Below, piece after piece: positions 1-9,159 of a DNA stretch of 64,000 nucleotides. The notes under the pieces were generated by a model, which saw nothing but the letters and a program-made list of their open reading frames with translations, did not search any database and was not told the DNA's origin. Made by a program: the position numbers and the translations under genes. This stretch comes from a virus (lineage: Duplodnaviria > Caudoviricetes), in the IMG/VR virus record IMGVR_UViG_3300028549_001530, positions 24,566 through 88,565 of that record. The stretch is one strand, 5' to 3'. Every line of letters starts with the position of its first letter. The stretch's first letter is position 1.

Positions 1-84
1 ATAAATTACCTAGCTAGTCACCACTTTCTTGATAAGTATTACAGGTACCTAACAAGATATCAAGCACTATTTTTATATAGAAAT

Positions 85-1668
85 ATGCTATACCTAGATA
101 ACCATTCTGGTAAGATAGATACCTTTGAGACACTAATTGATAAGTTATTTACACCTAGAAATATCTCTGTGGTTACTTACAACTATAAACAAAAAAACAG
201 CGTAGATGATATTAACAATATAGAGTATAAGTTTAAACAAAAACTCCTTAACAATAAAAATCTAGTTTATTCTAACAATGATTACACTTTAAAGAATTTA
301 GATGACAAGGTAAGAGATTTAGTTATAGGTAACCCTAGAGAAATAGACACAAGAGAAGAGTACATTTCTGATAAATTTAAAAATTCATTATTTAACTTTC
401 TAACAACTAAAGATATAGAGTTCAGTGTTATTGATAACACTGATAACGTTAGATATAAAATAATACCTACTATAATTGATTATTGGGCTTATTTACTTAA
501 ACAAAACAAAGTAAACTTTATATTAAGTATTGTTGACCCAATCACTAACCAAGATTTAAGGTTAAATACCTCAGACGCTTTTAAACTATTTACTATTTTA
601 CTTTATAGAAGTAACAACAGGATTTTATATGAATTCCCGCCATACACTATTAAGCATGCGTTTCATAAAGAGTTACCTTTAACTGAAAACTTATTAAAGG
701 TTTGCTACGATAAAAAATATTGGTATAAAGATACTATAACTACTATTAAAAATGCTATACCAAGCTACACAACAGTTGTAACGAGTTATCAGTTTGAACA
801 ATATGTCTTTGGTATATACAAGCTTAATTTAGGCTTGTCACTCTTTCTAAATAACTTAAGTGAAAAAGATGATCATGGTCAGTTTGAGTTGATTGTAGAT
901 CGTTTAAACACGTCTGAAGATTATACCTTTAACGATGAAACAGTAGAGCATTTCCTAGACAAAATAGGTTTAAGTGGTATAGATACCTATAACCAACAAA
1001 TGCTAGAAAACTTTTGTTACAATATACTTAATAAACTTTTTGATAGTAAACTTGATTTCATAAATAAGTATAAATATATTCAAGACGCCTTGATTGGTAT
1101 TTTTGAAAAATTTAATAGTTATACTATACAGATCATTCACAATTACTATAGCAATAGTACAGTAGTAGCTGGTCTTCGTGATACAAGATACGCTGTCAGC
1201 GAAGATATACATAACAGATATTACTACTTTAATGCATACACTATGTCTGTTGATATGGAATATAAGATACTTGACACAACAAGTATAGATTTAAATGTCA
1301 ATGGTTATTCTAGTTATAGTTATTATTGTAAAGAGATAATTGATATTAATACAGAAATTATTACTGGGGTTAGCTACTACGATAATGTTATTATTGATTT
1401 AAATAATCGTATTATTAAAGATGTTAATACATCTACAGATATACTTATTAAAGAATCTGTTAACTTAAACGTTAATGGTTATTACAGTTTTAGTGAGTAT
1501 AGTTTTACATATGCTGATTTTAGTATTGACATCAAATGTAACTCTAATTTATTAAATAAAGCTAGTGTTATTTTTAATACTACAACGTTAAATGATTTAG
1601 GAGATTCACAATGGCTTATTACTCAATCTAGTGAACCAGATCTTTTGTTCTTAGCATCTAATTTATAG
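85..1668 (+). CDS. Hypothetical protein, probably virion structural (phiKZ-like)
   Basis: 527-aa ORF. It sits directly upstream of a conserved structural-type gene and has no recognisable catalytic motif. Confidence 0.4.
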   Translation: MLYLDNHSGKIDTFETLIDKLFTPRNISVVTYNYKQKNSVDDINNIEYKFKQKLLNNKNLVYSNNDYTLKNLDDKVRDLVIGNPREIDTREEYISDKFKNSLFNFLTTKDIEFSVIDNTDNVRYKIIPTIIDYWAYLLKQNKVNFILSIVDPITNQDLRLNTSDAFKLFTILLYRSNNRILYEFPPYTIKHAFHKELPLTENLLKVCYDKKYWYKDTITTIKNAIPSYTTVVTSYQFEQYVFGIYKLNLGLSLFLNNLSEKDDHGQFELIVDRLNTSEDYTFNDETVEHFLDKIGLSGIDTYNQQMLENFCYNILNKLFDSKLDFINKYKYIQDALIGIFEKFNSYTIQIIHNYYSNSTVVAGLRDTRYAVSEDIHNRYYYFNAYTMSVDMEYKILDTTSIDLNVNGYSSYSYYCKEIIDINTEIITGVSYYDNVIIDLNNRIIKDVNTSTDILIKESVNLNVNGYYSFSEYSFTYADFSIDIKCNSNLLNKASVIFNTTTLNDLGDSQWLITQSSEPDLLFLASNL

Positions 1669-1677
1669 GAGTTTTTT

Positions 1678-2511
1678 ATGGAATCATTAACGAGAACTAT
1701 TTTCTCAGCACATTTGCAAACTACTAAGTTACTCAATCGTCCTTTTACTTTACTACCTAATAGTACTTTAAATCAGAAATTTAACTTATATCCTAATGAA
1801 GTTTTAGCTTCAAATCAATACCCTTTCTTAGGATATATTGGTATTGGAAATAAAGGAGCAAGTTATGAGATGACCTCATCGGGTTATGTTTTAACTACAC
1901 CTGTACCTCACCTACCAAGAGACGCAAGCCTTTATAACTTTATTCCTTTCGTTATCAGAACTCCTGATAATGATCTATCAGCTACTGAGCGTCTTCTCTA
2001 TAGAATGCGTGTACCTTTGAGTGTTGGTGGTGTAGACTACATTGCTTATTACTTAAGAGTTTTAGATTTATCTACCGTTATTCCAACGGTAGAGCTTCGT
2101 AATGTTGATGATGGCTTAATCACAACAACTTCTTTTGAACCAGTATTATCTGATTTATCACCAACGCCACCTGTTATTGCTGCTAGCAATCTAAATAACC
2201 CTAATGGTGATTATCTAGTATCTACAGCTAAAGTTATGTTTACTATTTCACAACAAGATGTTGGTGAAATTATGGACGCTTGTAATATTCTTTACGGAGA
2301 TGTTCGTTATGCTGTTATTAACGAAATTGCTTTATGTACTGGTGTAGATAAGATTGTACAAGGAACTTTTGGTAGCGTCACCAGTAATTACACTGATGTT
2401 ATTGCAACTCAAGTTGCTGCTTATATTTCTCAATATCACGCCTTGTCTTCTAACACAACACAAGTACAGATCGAACTAGATTTGGGTTCAGTAGAAAGCT
2501 TATTGGTTTAA
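1678..2511 (+). CDS. Conserved phiKZ-like virion structural protein
   Basis: 277-aa ORF with RBS AGGAG. N-terminus (TIFSAHLQT..TLNQKF) and YYL/INEIALCTG segments resemble a recalled phiKZ-like structural family. Confidence 0.55.
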   Translation: MESLTRTIFSAHLQTTKLLNRPFTLLPNSTLNQKFNLYPNEVLASNQYPFLGYIGIGNKGASYEMTSSGYVLTTPVPHLPRDASLYNFIPFVIRTPDNDLSATERLLYRMRVPLSVGGVDYIAYYLRVLDLSTVIPTVELRNVDDGLITTTSFEPVLSDLSPTPPVIAASNLNNPNGDYLVSTAKVMFTISQQDVGEIMDACNILYGDVRYAVINEIALCTGVDKIVQGTFGSVTSNYTDVIATQVAAYISQYHALSSNTTQVQIELDLGSVESLLV

Positions 2512-2523
2512 GTTGAGTTTGTT

Positions 2524-2560
2524 AAACACAGTCTAGCACTAATTTGCTAGACTGTGTTTT
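2524..2560 (+). terminator. Intrinsic terminator-like hairpin
   Basis: aaacacagtctagca-ctaatt-tgctagactgtgttt after the stop codon at 2511. Confidence 0.7.
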
Positions 2561-2610
2561 CCTTTAGTTTTCAAGAATTTGCTAGACTGTGTTTTCCTTT
2601 AGTTTTCAAG
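2541..2610. repeat. Perfect 35-bp tandem duplication
   Basis: aatttgctagactgtgttttcctttagttttcaag at 2541-2575 and 2576-2610. Confidence 0.95.
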
Positions 2611-2682
2611 ACACTCGTTCAATAGTTTGAAGTGTACTATAAAAGGTATCTACTAATACGCTATGAGTCAAAGGAGTTAATC

Positions 2683-3240
2683 TTGTTACTTTCTATCGAC
2701 CCAGGTATTAACAATTGTGGAATTGTGGTTCTAGATACCTCAAACCAATTCACTGTTGTTGAATCTATTCTTGTTAAAAATGCTAGAAAATTTACTGACG
2801 ATGAAAAAACAATAGAAAAAGAGTACGGTACACGTGCTGTTAAAGTAGATTATATTTTAAAAGCTATTCGATCTTTATTACTCAAGTATGATATAGACAC
2901 TGTTGTTGTTGAAGCTCCTTTTTATAATGCTTTAACACCTGTTGCATATGGCTCTTTACTTGAAGTTATCTTTGCACTTAAGTATGATATTATTGTTAAA
3001 GGTAAATATATTTTTAAACTGATAGAGCCCCTTTTAGTTAAGAAAATGTTTACTAGTAAAGGTATGGCTGCTAAAGATCTTATTAAAGATTTTTTAATTA
3101 AGAAAAAAGAAGATGGTAGTATACTGATAGCAATTGATATAGACACTTTATCTGAACATGAGATAGATGCTATAGCTGTTGGTTTTGTTTATAATCTCAT
3201 GTTAAAAGAAGGAAATAAAAATGTGGACAACAATTCTTAG
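2683..3240 (+). CDS. ruvC: RuvC-like Holliday junction resolvase
   Basis: Motifs LSIDPGINNCG, VVVEAPF and HEIDAIAVG. TTG start at 2683 follows AAGGAG (the ORF track starts at 2632). Confidence 0.85.
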   Translation: MLLSIDPGINNCGIVVLDTSNQFTVVESILVKNARKFTDDEKTIEKEYGTRAVKVDYILKAIRSLLLKYDIDTVVVEAPFYNALTPVAYGSLLEVIFALKYDIIVKGKYIFKLIEPLLVKKMFTSKGMAAKDLIKDFLIKKKEDGSILIAIDIDTLSEHEIDAIAVGFVYNLMLKEGNKNVDNNS

Positions 3241-3790
3241 TTTTATTAAGGGTAAACTGTTTTCAAATAGTGGTATATTCTTAAGTATTTTTGGTATTCT
3301 TTTTATTTTATTTTTATACTCTAATAGTAATGTCGTTCTTAGTAAGTTTGGGTTTGAGACAACAACTACTCTGAAATCTCAGCTCACTAAAGCACAAGCT
3401 GATTTGGTTACATTGAAGTCAGTAAACGATGACTTAAATAATACTATAAAACAACTCAACGATAATCACGCTAGAGATATTAAAGCTATGAATGAACTTC
3501 AAGTTAATAAGGAAATATCAAAGGAAGTTATTACTTTTGTTACTCGTAAGAAAAAGGATGTAGAAAATAAGGTAGAAAAGTCTTTAAACGACAATTCTAT
3601 TTACACCTTAACAACTGTCACACTTCCTTTAAAAGAAGTTAATGAACTCTCTTCTAATAACATCAATAGTTTAAATGAAACTTATACTAAATTGTTCGAG
3701 AAAGATTTAAAAATGAGTGAAACTGTGTCAGACGTTAGTCCTGATATATTTAAACAAGACCTTCAACAAACTGAGATACTATCATGTTAA
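3221..3790 (+). CDS. Putative inner-membrane spanin (Rz-like)
   Basis: N-terminal TM helix (GIFLSIFGILFILFLY) followed by a long coiled coil. Its 3' end overlaps a lipoprotein gene. Confidence 0.6.
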   Translation: MWTTILSFIKGKLFSNSGIFLSIFGILFILFLYSNSNVVLSKFGFETTTTLKSQLTKAQADLVTLKSVNDDLNNTIKQLNDNHARDIKAMNELQVNKEISKEVITFVTRKKKDVENKVEKSLNDNSIYTLTTVTLPLKEVNELSSNNINSLNETYTKLFEKDLKMSETVSDVSPDIFKQDLQQTEILSC

Positions 3791-4089
3791 AATTTAAATT
3801 CCTTTTATTATTTAGCTTTTCTTTGTTTTTAAGTGGATGTACAAGCGGTCCTAAGCTTAACAGTATTGATGTAGTAAAAACTGAAATAGTGTACGTTACT
3901 ATACCGGACAATATTTTAGCTGAATGTATTCCGGAAAAGCCTATTGAATTAGAATCTTATTTACAGCTTACTTTACCTAAAAGAGAATCTTATTTAACAG
4001 ACTATTCTATATCGTTATTAGGAACTTTAAAGACATGTAATTTACAATTAGAACAAGCAAGATCTTTAAATAAAAAACCTAAAGACTAA
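3784..4089 (+). CDS. Putative outer-membrane spanin lipoprotein (Rz1-like)
   Basis: Signal peptide with lipobox LSGC, a Pro/Cys-containing body, and a 7-nt overlap with the upstream TM/coiled-coil gene. Confidence 0.7.
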   Translation: MLKFKFLLLFSFSLFLSGCTSGPKLNSIDVVKTEIVYVTIPDNILAECIPEKPIELESYLQLTLPKRESYLTDYSISLLGTLKTCNLQLEQARSLNKKPKD

Positions 4090-4106
4090 GTTAAAAAGAG
4101 GCTAAT

Positions 4107-5090
4107 ATGTCAACAGTTACTTTTCAATATTCATTAGCTAATACATCAGGTTATAAATTCAATATCACTAAAATCGGTTTTAATAATTACGATGACCTAG
4201 CCTATTACAATAAAGAAAATTTTCCTGATATTGAAATAACTAGACCAGCAACAGATACAGATTTAAAGTCTCTTGATAGTAAAGCTTTAATAACTGTTAA
4301 TGGTTACGTACACAATACAACTGTTATAGAAAATAGACTTTATGTCGCTAACGCCACTAAAAGTATGTTAAGGTCTAGAGAAAATAACATAGGTATTTTT
4401 AGTTTTAACAGTCTGCCTGGGGTGTTAACTAAGACTCCTATCACTGCTGATATGATTACACCAGAGGCACCTTTTACCCTATATGAAAAAGCAGTCATCA
4501 CCTTTAACTCTCCTGTTAATTGTCCTATTCTTGTTGTTTGTGGTTACCTTATATTTGAAAACCCAGAAGTTTTCTATAGAGTTTCTCCTAACGCATATGT
4601 ACTTAGAATGGATAAAATCAATTATATAGAGAAACTCTATGAATTAAAAAGGAGTAGGGATATTTTCACTGAGTTAGATATTCCTATTTCACCTAATAAT
4701 GTAAGCATGATAGATGCTAATACAGTTAGGTCTGAGGTAGCTATTACTAAATTCTTAACTACGTTTAATTCATTTTTAGTAGACTTACCTGTTAACAACC
4801 TATCAGTAGATAGAGTCTATCTTGAGCATAGCAATATACCAGGAAACTTTAGAACTGAGCTTGAACCAACACTACCAATTATGGTAGGATATGGTAAACT
4901 AGCAGAATATAGTAAAAGAAAAACTACAGAAAATAAATACACTGTTTATGTCAATGACGCTTACTATAATAAACATTTATTTTCTAATACTAGTTATGGT
5001 AATATAAATGTTTATAATGACCATAGGCAAGTTGGAAGTACTTATGCCTTGACTCAAGCATTTTTCTTAAAAGTGTCAACAACAATTTAA
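4107..5090 (+). CDS. Conserved phiKZ-like hypothetical/virion protein
   Basis: 327-aa beta-rich ORF (LITVNGYVH, PILVVCGYL) resembling a recalled phiKZ-like structural family. Confidence 0.45.
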   Translation: MSTVTFQYSLANTSGYKFNITKIGFNNYDDLAYYNKENFPDIEITRPATDTDLKSLDSKALITVNGYVHNTTVIENRLYVANATKSMLRSRENNIGIFSFNSLPGVLTKTPITADMITPEAPFTLYEKAVITFNSPVNCPILVVCGYLIFENPEVFYRVSPNAYVLRMDKINYIEKLYELKRSRDIFTELDIPISPNNVSMIDANTVRSEVAITKFLTTFNSFLVDLPVNNLSVDRVYLEHSNIPGNFRTELEPTLPIMVGYGKLAEYSKRKTTENKYTVYVNDAYYNKHLFSNTSYGNINVYNDHRQVGSTYALTQAFFLKVSTTI

Positions 5091-5095
5091 GTTAC

Positions 5096-5125
5096 ACATA
5101 CCCCACAGTTTACTGTGGGGTATGT
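5096..5125 (+). terminator. Terminator-like hairpin
   Basis: acataccccacag / ctgtggggtatgt inverted repeat after the stop at 5090. Confidence 0.65.
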
Positions 5126-5156
5126 TAATTTTTTGAACATTTAAAGGAGATTTAAA

Positions 5157-5246
5157 ATGGCCACTAGTAATAAAATACTAAAAGTACAGCTGGTGGATTT
5201 AGTCCACCAGCTGTACTTACTCTTGTTTTGGGATACTATTCAGTAA
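5157..5246 (+). CDS. 29-aa micro-ORF or truncated gene remnant
   Basis: AAAGGAG RBS, then ATG MATSNKILKVQLVDLVHQLYLLLFWDTIQ*. Contains a perfect 16-bp hairpin (5182-5218). Confidence 0.35.
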   Translation: MATSNKILKVQLVDLVHQLYLLLFWDTIQ

Positions 5247-5264
5247 CATATATATTAATTGTGA
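5247..5264 (+). promoter_or_regulatory. Putative phage early promoter (CATATATA-N5-TGT)
   Basis: catatatattaattgtga; motif recurs nine times in intergenic DNA. Confidence 0.65.
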
Positions 5265-5368
5265 CCTTAGTACTGATTACATTTTTTACTCTGGTTCACA
5301 TACCTTGGTTGCATTCTAAGTAACCTTATGTTTCTTGTAATTTTTACATTCCTCAATAGGAGAAAACC

Positions 5369-5854
5369 ATGTCAGTCAATTTTAAATCTGAAAATATCGC
5401 TAAGTATAAAGAACTCTCGGACAGTATCAAAGATACTTTAGAAGTTAATGATGCTACGATTAAAGAGAAAGAACCACATTCAGCTTATTATAGCAACTTG
5501 CCAGAAGACATCAGCAAAAAGCAAGTAGAAGAACTTGCTAAATATAACAGCAAATTTGTTACAGCTACACACGTAGCTGTAGGTGAACTTGCTGCTGATA
5601 TTTTCAAAGGTAAAAAGTCAATTGAAACAGTGGAAGCTGAGGTAGGTTATTTCGGTAAAGCTGATTCTATTAGCGTTAGTGTGGTTCGTAGTAAGACATA
5701 TCAGAATCATCTCGCTAAAGAAGAAGCTGACAAAGAAGTCACCAAGCAACTTGTTATGCAGACAACTGTTACATCACAGTCCGCTAAAGGTTATGGTCTT
5801 AAAGCTGTTCGTGAGTCGATGTCTGAGGAGTTTGCTGGTATGTTTAAAAAGTAA
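5369..5854 (+). CDS. Hypothetical protein (probably early)
   Basis: 161-aa ORF with AGGAG RBS downstream of the promoter motif. Confidence 0.7.
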   Translation: MSVNFKSENIAKYKELSDSIKDTLEVNDATIKEKEPHSAYYSNLPEDISKKQVEELAKYNSKFVTATHVAVGELAADIFKGKKSIETVEAEVGYFGKADSISVSVVRSKTYQNHLAKEEADKEVTKQLVMQTTVTSQSAKGYGLKAVRESMSEEFAGMFKK

Positions 5855-5866
5855 ACTTCTTCAATA

Positions 5867-5902
5867 AAAGTACCACCCTCAATCACTAAAGGGTGGTACT
5901 TT
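5867..5902 (+). terminator. Terminator-like hairpin
   Basis: aaagtaccaccct / agggtggtacttt. Confidence 0.65.
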
Positions 5903-5919
5903 CTAAAAAGGAGTTTATT

Positions 5920-6582
5920 GTGAAAAAAAGTAAAGATCTAGTAAAACTCTCTAATGTAACATCATTAGGAAAATATTTATATTGCTACTCTGATAAGTTT
6001 AATATATATTTATTTTTTAGTGATTTTACAGATCACGTTATATACAAAGTAACGTGTGATAAGTATTTCTGTGTAACAGAAGTAGATGAAATAACACTAC
6101 CATTTGAGTACAATAAAAACTTAGATATTAGATTTTTTAAACCTATAGAAAGTACAGATGGTGTGTATAAGTATGTTGGTATAGTCGACATAAATAATAC
6201 TACTAGTAAGTTTGAAATTGATAATAGTAATAATCTCAAACTGTCTACCACTACAGTTAAAAATAATAGAAAACTTTTTACAATTATAAGTTGTTTAGAT
6301 GATATAGAAGTGGATACTTACATACAAAGTAAAAATAAAATATATATTATTGGGTTTGATACAATAAATAAAGTAAATGCCTATGGTGTGGTTGATATAG
6401 AGAGTAATAAATTCTTGGTTTACTATCTATTATATAGTGATCTAGGTGACGTTGAACCTATAAGTATAAATCTTGATAGTTCTGAAGAAAAGGTTTATAT
6501 TGTTGGGTCAATTAATAAGTACGATGATAAAGATAATTTAACTGAAACAATACCATACTTAGAAGCATTCATGTTGGTTTGA
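5920..6582 (+). CDS. Hypothetical protein (beta-rich)
   Basis: GTG start after AAAGGAG, within the 229-aa ORF of the track. Confidence 0.6.
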   Translation: MKKSKDLVKLSNVTSLGKYLYCYSDKFNIYLFFSDFTDHVIYKVTCDKYFCVTEVDEITLPFEYNKNLDIRFFKPIESTDGVYKYVGIVDINNTTSKFEIDNSNNLKLSTTTVKNNRKLFTIISCLDDIEVDTYIQSKNKIYIIGFDTINKVNAYGVVDIESNKFLVYYLLYSDLGDVEPISINLDSSEEKVYIVGSINKYDDKDNLTETIPYLEAFMLV

Positions 6583-6616
6583 AACAAACACCTAGAAAAA
6601 AGTCTAGGTGTTTGTT
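6583..6616 (+). terminator. Terminator-like hairpin
   Basis: aacaaacacctaga / tctaggtgtttgtt. Confidence 0.65.
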
Positions 6617-6639
6617 AGTTTTGGAATTAATTTCAAACA

Positions 6640-6657
6640 CATATATATTTGTTGTAA
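6640..6657 (+). promoter_or_regulatory. Putative phage early promoter, upstream of omegaRNA/IsrB
   Basis: catatatatttgttgtaa. Confidence 0.6.
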
Positions 6658-6705
6658 GTAGTTTTAGTAGTACTTTCCCCAGCTACTAAAACTTTCGTTT
6701 GGGGT

Positions 6706-6929
6706 GTCAACTACCTTGGACTGAAATCCAAGGCTTGGAGAGGGTTACCACATAACCCAACCTGGGACTAAACAGTTGTACTAGCCAAACTCTTAAATGA
6801 GTAACTAAGTCACCTTGCCGTGGAAGGCAGCAACACGTTACGGATGCTCCCCTAGTCTGTATCCTCTGTGGTGGTTAGTGGCGAAGGGGTCCTCACTTGT
6901 GTCAAACGAAGTTCCGTAAGGTAACCAAT
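6706..6929 (+). ncRNA. omegaRNA (HEARO-like) of an IsrB element
   Basis: Starts GTCAACTACC with the hairpin ccttggactgaaatccaagg. Contains ggatgctcccctagtctg..ctct and ggcgaagggg segments typical of HEARO/omegaRNA, and lies directly upstream of a PLMP-domain ORF. Confidence 0.75.
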
Positions 6930-8057
6930 ATGCATCCTGAATCAACTCAACCCTGGGTACCTGTAGTTTCCTCTATAGGTATCCCTCTCATGCCTTGCCA
7001 CCCGGCAAGAGCTCGTAAACTCATAGCAGCTGGTAGAGCTATCCCTCGTTATAAGAAAGGTCTATTCTACATTAAGTTACTAGATCGTGAAACTGGAGAT
7101 ACTCAACCCATCGCGCTTGGCATCGACCCAGGTAGTAAGATGGAAGGCTACACAGTTAAAAGTGAAGCTCACACCTATGTCAATATTCAGAGTCACGCAA
7201 GGGATGGTAACGCTATTAAAAAGACAATGGAAGCTCGACACAATACTCGACACACTAGACGTAATAAAAACACTCCTTGTAGAGCTTTTAGACCTAATAG
7301 AGCACGTTCAGCTAACTGGGTTCCACCTTCTACTAAAGCCAGGTGGCAACTCAAGTACAATATCTTCAACTGGCTATGTCAACTGTACCCTATCACATGT
7401 GTAATCATAGAGGATGTTAAAGCCAGAACCAAAGCCGGTGACTACAGGTGGAACAACAACTTCTCACCTATACAAGCTGGCAAAAACTGGCTCTACTCTA
7501 GGTTACGTGCTACAGGTGTAGAGCTAAGACTGGTAGAAGGTATGGATACTTACAACCTTCGTCAGTCCTTAGGGCTTCAGAAGTCTAAGAACAAATTGGC
7601 TACTATCTTTTCAGCACACTGTGTAGATAGCTGGGTGCTAGCTAATAGTTACGTTGGTGGTCATATCTCACCAGAGTTAATAGAAGTCTTAGTCCTTAAA
7701 CCACTTTCTATCTGTAAAAGACAACTTCATAGATTCAATCCTTCTAAAGGTGGTAATAGACAAAGATACGGTGGATCTATGTCTACAGGTGTTAAAAAAG
7801 GAACATTAGCTATCCACCCTAAACATGGTAAATGTTATACAGGTGGATACCATAGTAAGACTGGTTTAACACTTCATACTCTTATAAGTGGTCAACGTTT
7901 ATGTAGAAATGCTAAAGTATCTGATTTACAACTTGTAGCCTACTCCCCGTGGGTGTTACTAGTACCATCAACTCTCTCTAACCATAAGGAACAACGTGCA
8001 CAACGACGCAATTATTACAGATTTCATCAGAGTCTATCACTAACTAAATTTATATAG
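6930..8057 (+). CDS. isrB: IsrB-like RNA-guided RuvC nickase (IS200/IS605, RRXRR/PLMP family, no HNH)
   Basis: PLMPCHPARARKL; RuvC-I LGIDPG; Arg-rich bridge helix; WVPPS; RuvC-II IIEDV; RuvC-III HCVD. No HNH between RuvC-II and RuvC-III. ATG at 6930. Confidence 0.85.
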   Translation: MHPESTQPWVPVVSSIGIPLMPCHPARARKLIAAGRAIPRYKKGLFYIKLLDRETGDTQPIALGIDPGSKMEGYTVKSEAHTYVNIQSHARDGNAIKKTMEARHNTRHTRRNKNTPCRAFRPNRARSANWVPPSTKARWQLKYNIFNWLCQLYPITCVIIEDVKARTKAGDYRWNNNFSPIQAGKNWLYSRLRATGVELRLVEGMDTYNLRQSLGLQKSKNKLATIFSAHCVDSWVLANSYVGGHISPELIEVLVLKPLSICKRQLHRFNPSKGGNRQRYGGSMSTGVKKGTLAIHPKHGKCYTGGYHSKTGLTLHTLISGQRLCRNAKVSDLQLVAYSPWVLLVPSTLSNHKEQRAQRRNYYRFHQSLSLTKFI

Positions 8058-8094
8058 AAGTTTTAGTTTATATCGTAACAAAAGGAGTATTTTC

Positions 8095-8619
8095 ATGAAT
8101 TTTAAAGAAATGGTTAACTTGTATTCAGAAGAAGGAACTGAGCACTTTCAGCTTTCTCCTTTGAGCTCTAGCATTGTTGGTAAGTTTCTATCTCCGGAAT
8201 GGAGATATAAATTTTTCATACCTCAAATTGGTAATTTCAATTCGGCTATCGGGTTCTGTAACTGGATTGCTGGAGCTGGTGAGGAGGCTAGGTATAATGA
8301 CCGAGTTAAAGGTCACATCACCATTCCTTACAAGATGCTTTTAACTGTGGGTAAATACCACCAGTTAAAAGCAATGGTGAATGAACTTAGAAAGTTTCCA
8401 GAAGACTGGGATAGTCTTCCGCTGGTTCGTTATAGGGTTCACCAAAACGGTGTCAAGGAGCTTACACCTGACAATGATTGGTATCCTCGTAATGTCCACA
8501 TGCTGGCTCTGTGGGTGAGAGCTGAAATGGACCCAGAGTGGGATACATTTGACGCTAACACTAATCCATACGAAGTTATTGATAACCTTGTGAATGTTAA
8601 CATTTTACGTAAAGGTTAG
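8095..8619 (+). CDS. Hypothetical protein, distant NADAR-like family
   Basis: EEGTEHFQLSP..SIVGKFLS..F..GNFNSAIGFCNWI resembles the recalled jumbo-phage pattern EDGxxHINIYS..LGRxLSNF..F.S.EG.W. Confidence 0.4.
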   Translation: MNFKEMVNLYSEEGTEHFQLSPLSSSIVGKFLSPEWRYKFFIPQIGNFNSAIGFCNWIAGAGEEARYNDRVKGHITIPYKMLLTVGKYHQLKAMVNELRKFPEDWDSLPLVRYRVHQNGVKELTPDNDWYPRNVHMLALWVRAEMDPEWDTFDANTNPYEVIDNLVNVNILRKG

Positions 8620-8655
8620 TGAAGGCCACGGTCTTCAGGCCGGGAAGGATGTCAA
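8620..8655 (+). mobile_element. 36-bp IS200/IS605 end remnant (PATE-like)
   Basis: After TTAG: tgaaggccacggtcttcaggccgggaaggatgtcaa. The last 25 nt nearly match the TnpB element right end at 30276-30300. Confidence 0.7.
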
Positions 8656-8676
8656 GTAAGTCGGTTTAAACACAAC

Positions 8677-8715
8677 AAGAAAGACACTAACTAACCACTA
8701 GTGTCTTTCTTTTTT
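8677..8715 (+). terminator. Terminator-like hairpin with U-tract
   Basis: aagaaagacacta / tagtgtctttctt followed by T-run. Confidence 0.7.
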
Positions 8716-8732
8716 CTTTAAAAGAGAAACTC

Positions 8733-9095
8733 ATGGTAAAACACGGCGATCCGCCTTATCTAGAGTGTAGCTCAAAAGGTGACAAACGTTTTAGTGCATT
8801 TTGTGCTAGGATTAAAGCGAAAGACAATAAGTCTATAGAAGAACTCTACCAAGCTTTCAAGATCTTTGAAGATGGTAGCACTAACTTGTCTTGGAAGCAA
8901 GCTAAAGGTAAAACCCCAGTTAATATCTCAGATTGTATTGTTTTCTACAATAGACTTTGGTTAGAATATCTAGAAGAAAATCCTCAGCTCAAAGATGTTG
9001 TTAAACAAGCCAAAGGACTCTCAGATATCTTTGGACAAAAAGGTAGACAATGTCAAGCAACAAGTCTTTGGAACATAAGGAGTACACTTTTTTAA
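8733..9095 (+). CDS. NADAR-like protein (DarT1-associated NADAR/DUF6977-like)
   Basis: LECSSKGDKRFSAF...SIEELYQAFKIFEDG...AKG matches the ExSSKS..SAF..svE..fQ.sKvf pattern. Confidence 0.6.
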   Translation: MVKHGDPPYLECSSKGDKRFSAFCARIKAKDNKSIEELYQAFKIFEDGSTNLSWKQAKGKTPVNISDCIVFYNRLWLEYLEENPQLKDVVKQAKGLSDIFGQKGRQCQATSLWNIRSTLF

Positions 9096-9159
9096 TTGGA
9101 TTGTCATTATGTGGATTTTCACAACATAGTTTTTAGTCTAATCAATTTAGGAGTTTAGT

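Noticed and set aside
6930-8057. IscB with HNH domain
   Set aside because: No HNH insertion between RuvC-II and RuvC-III, so it is IsrB-like.
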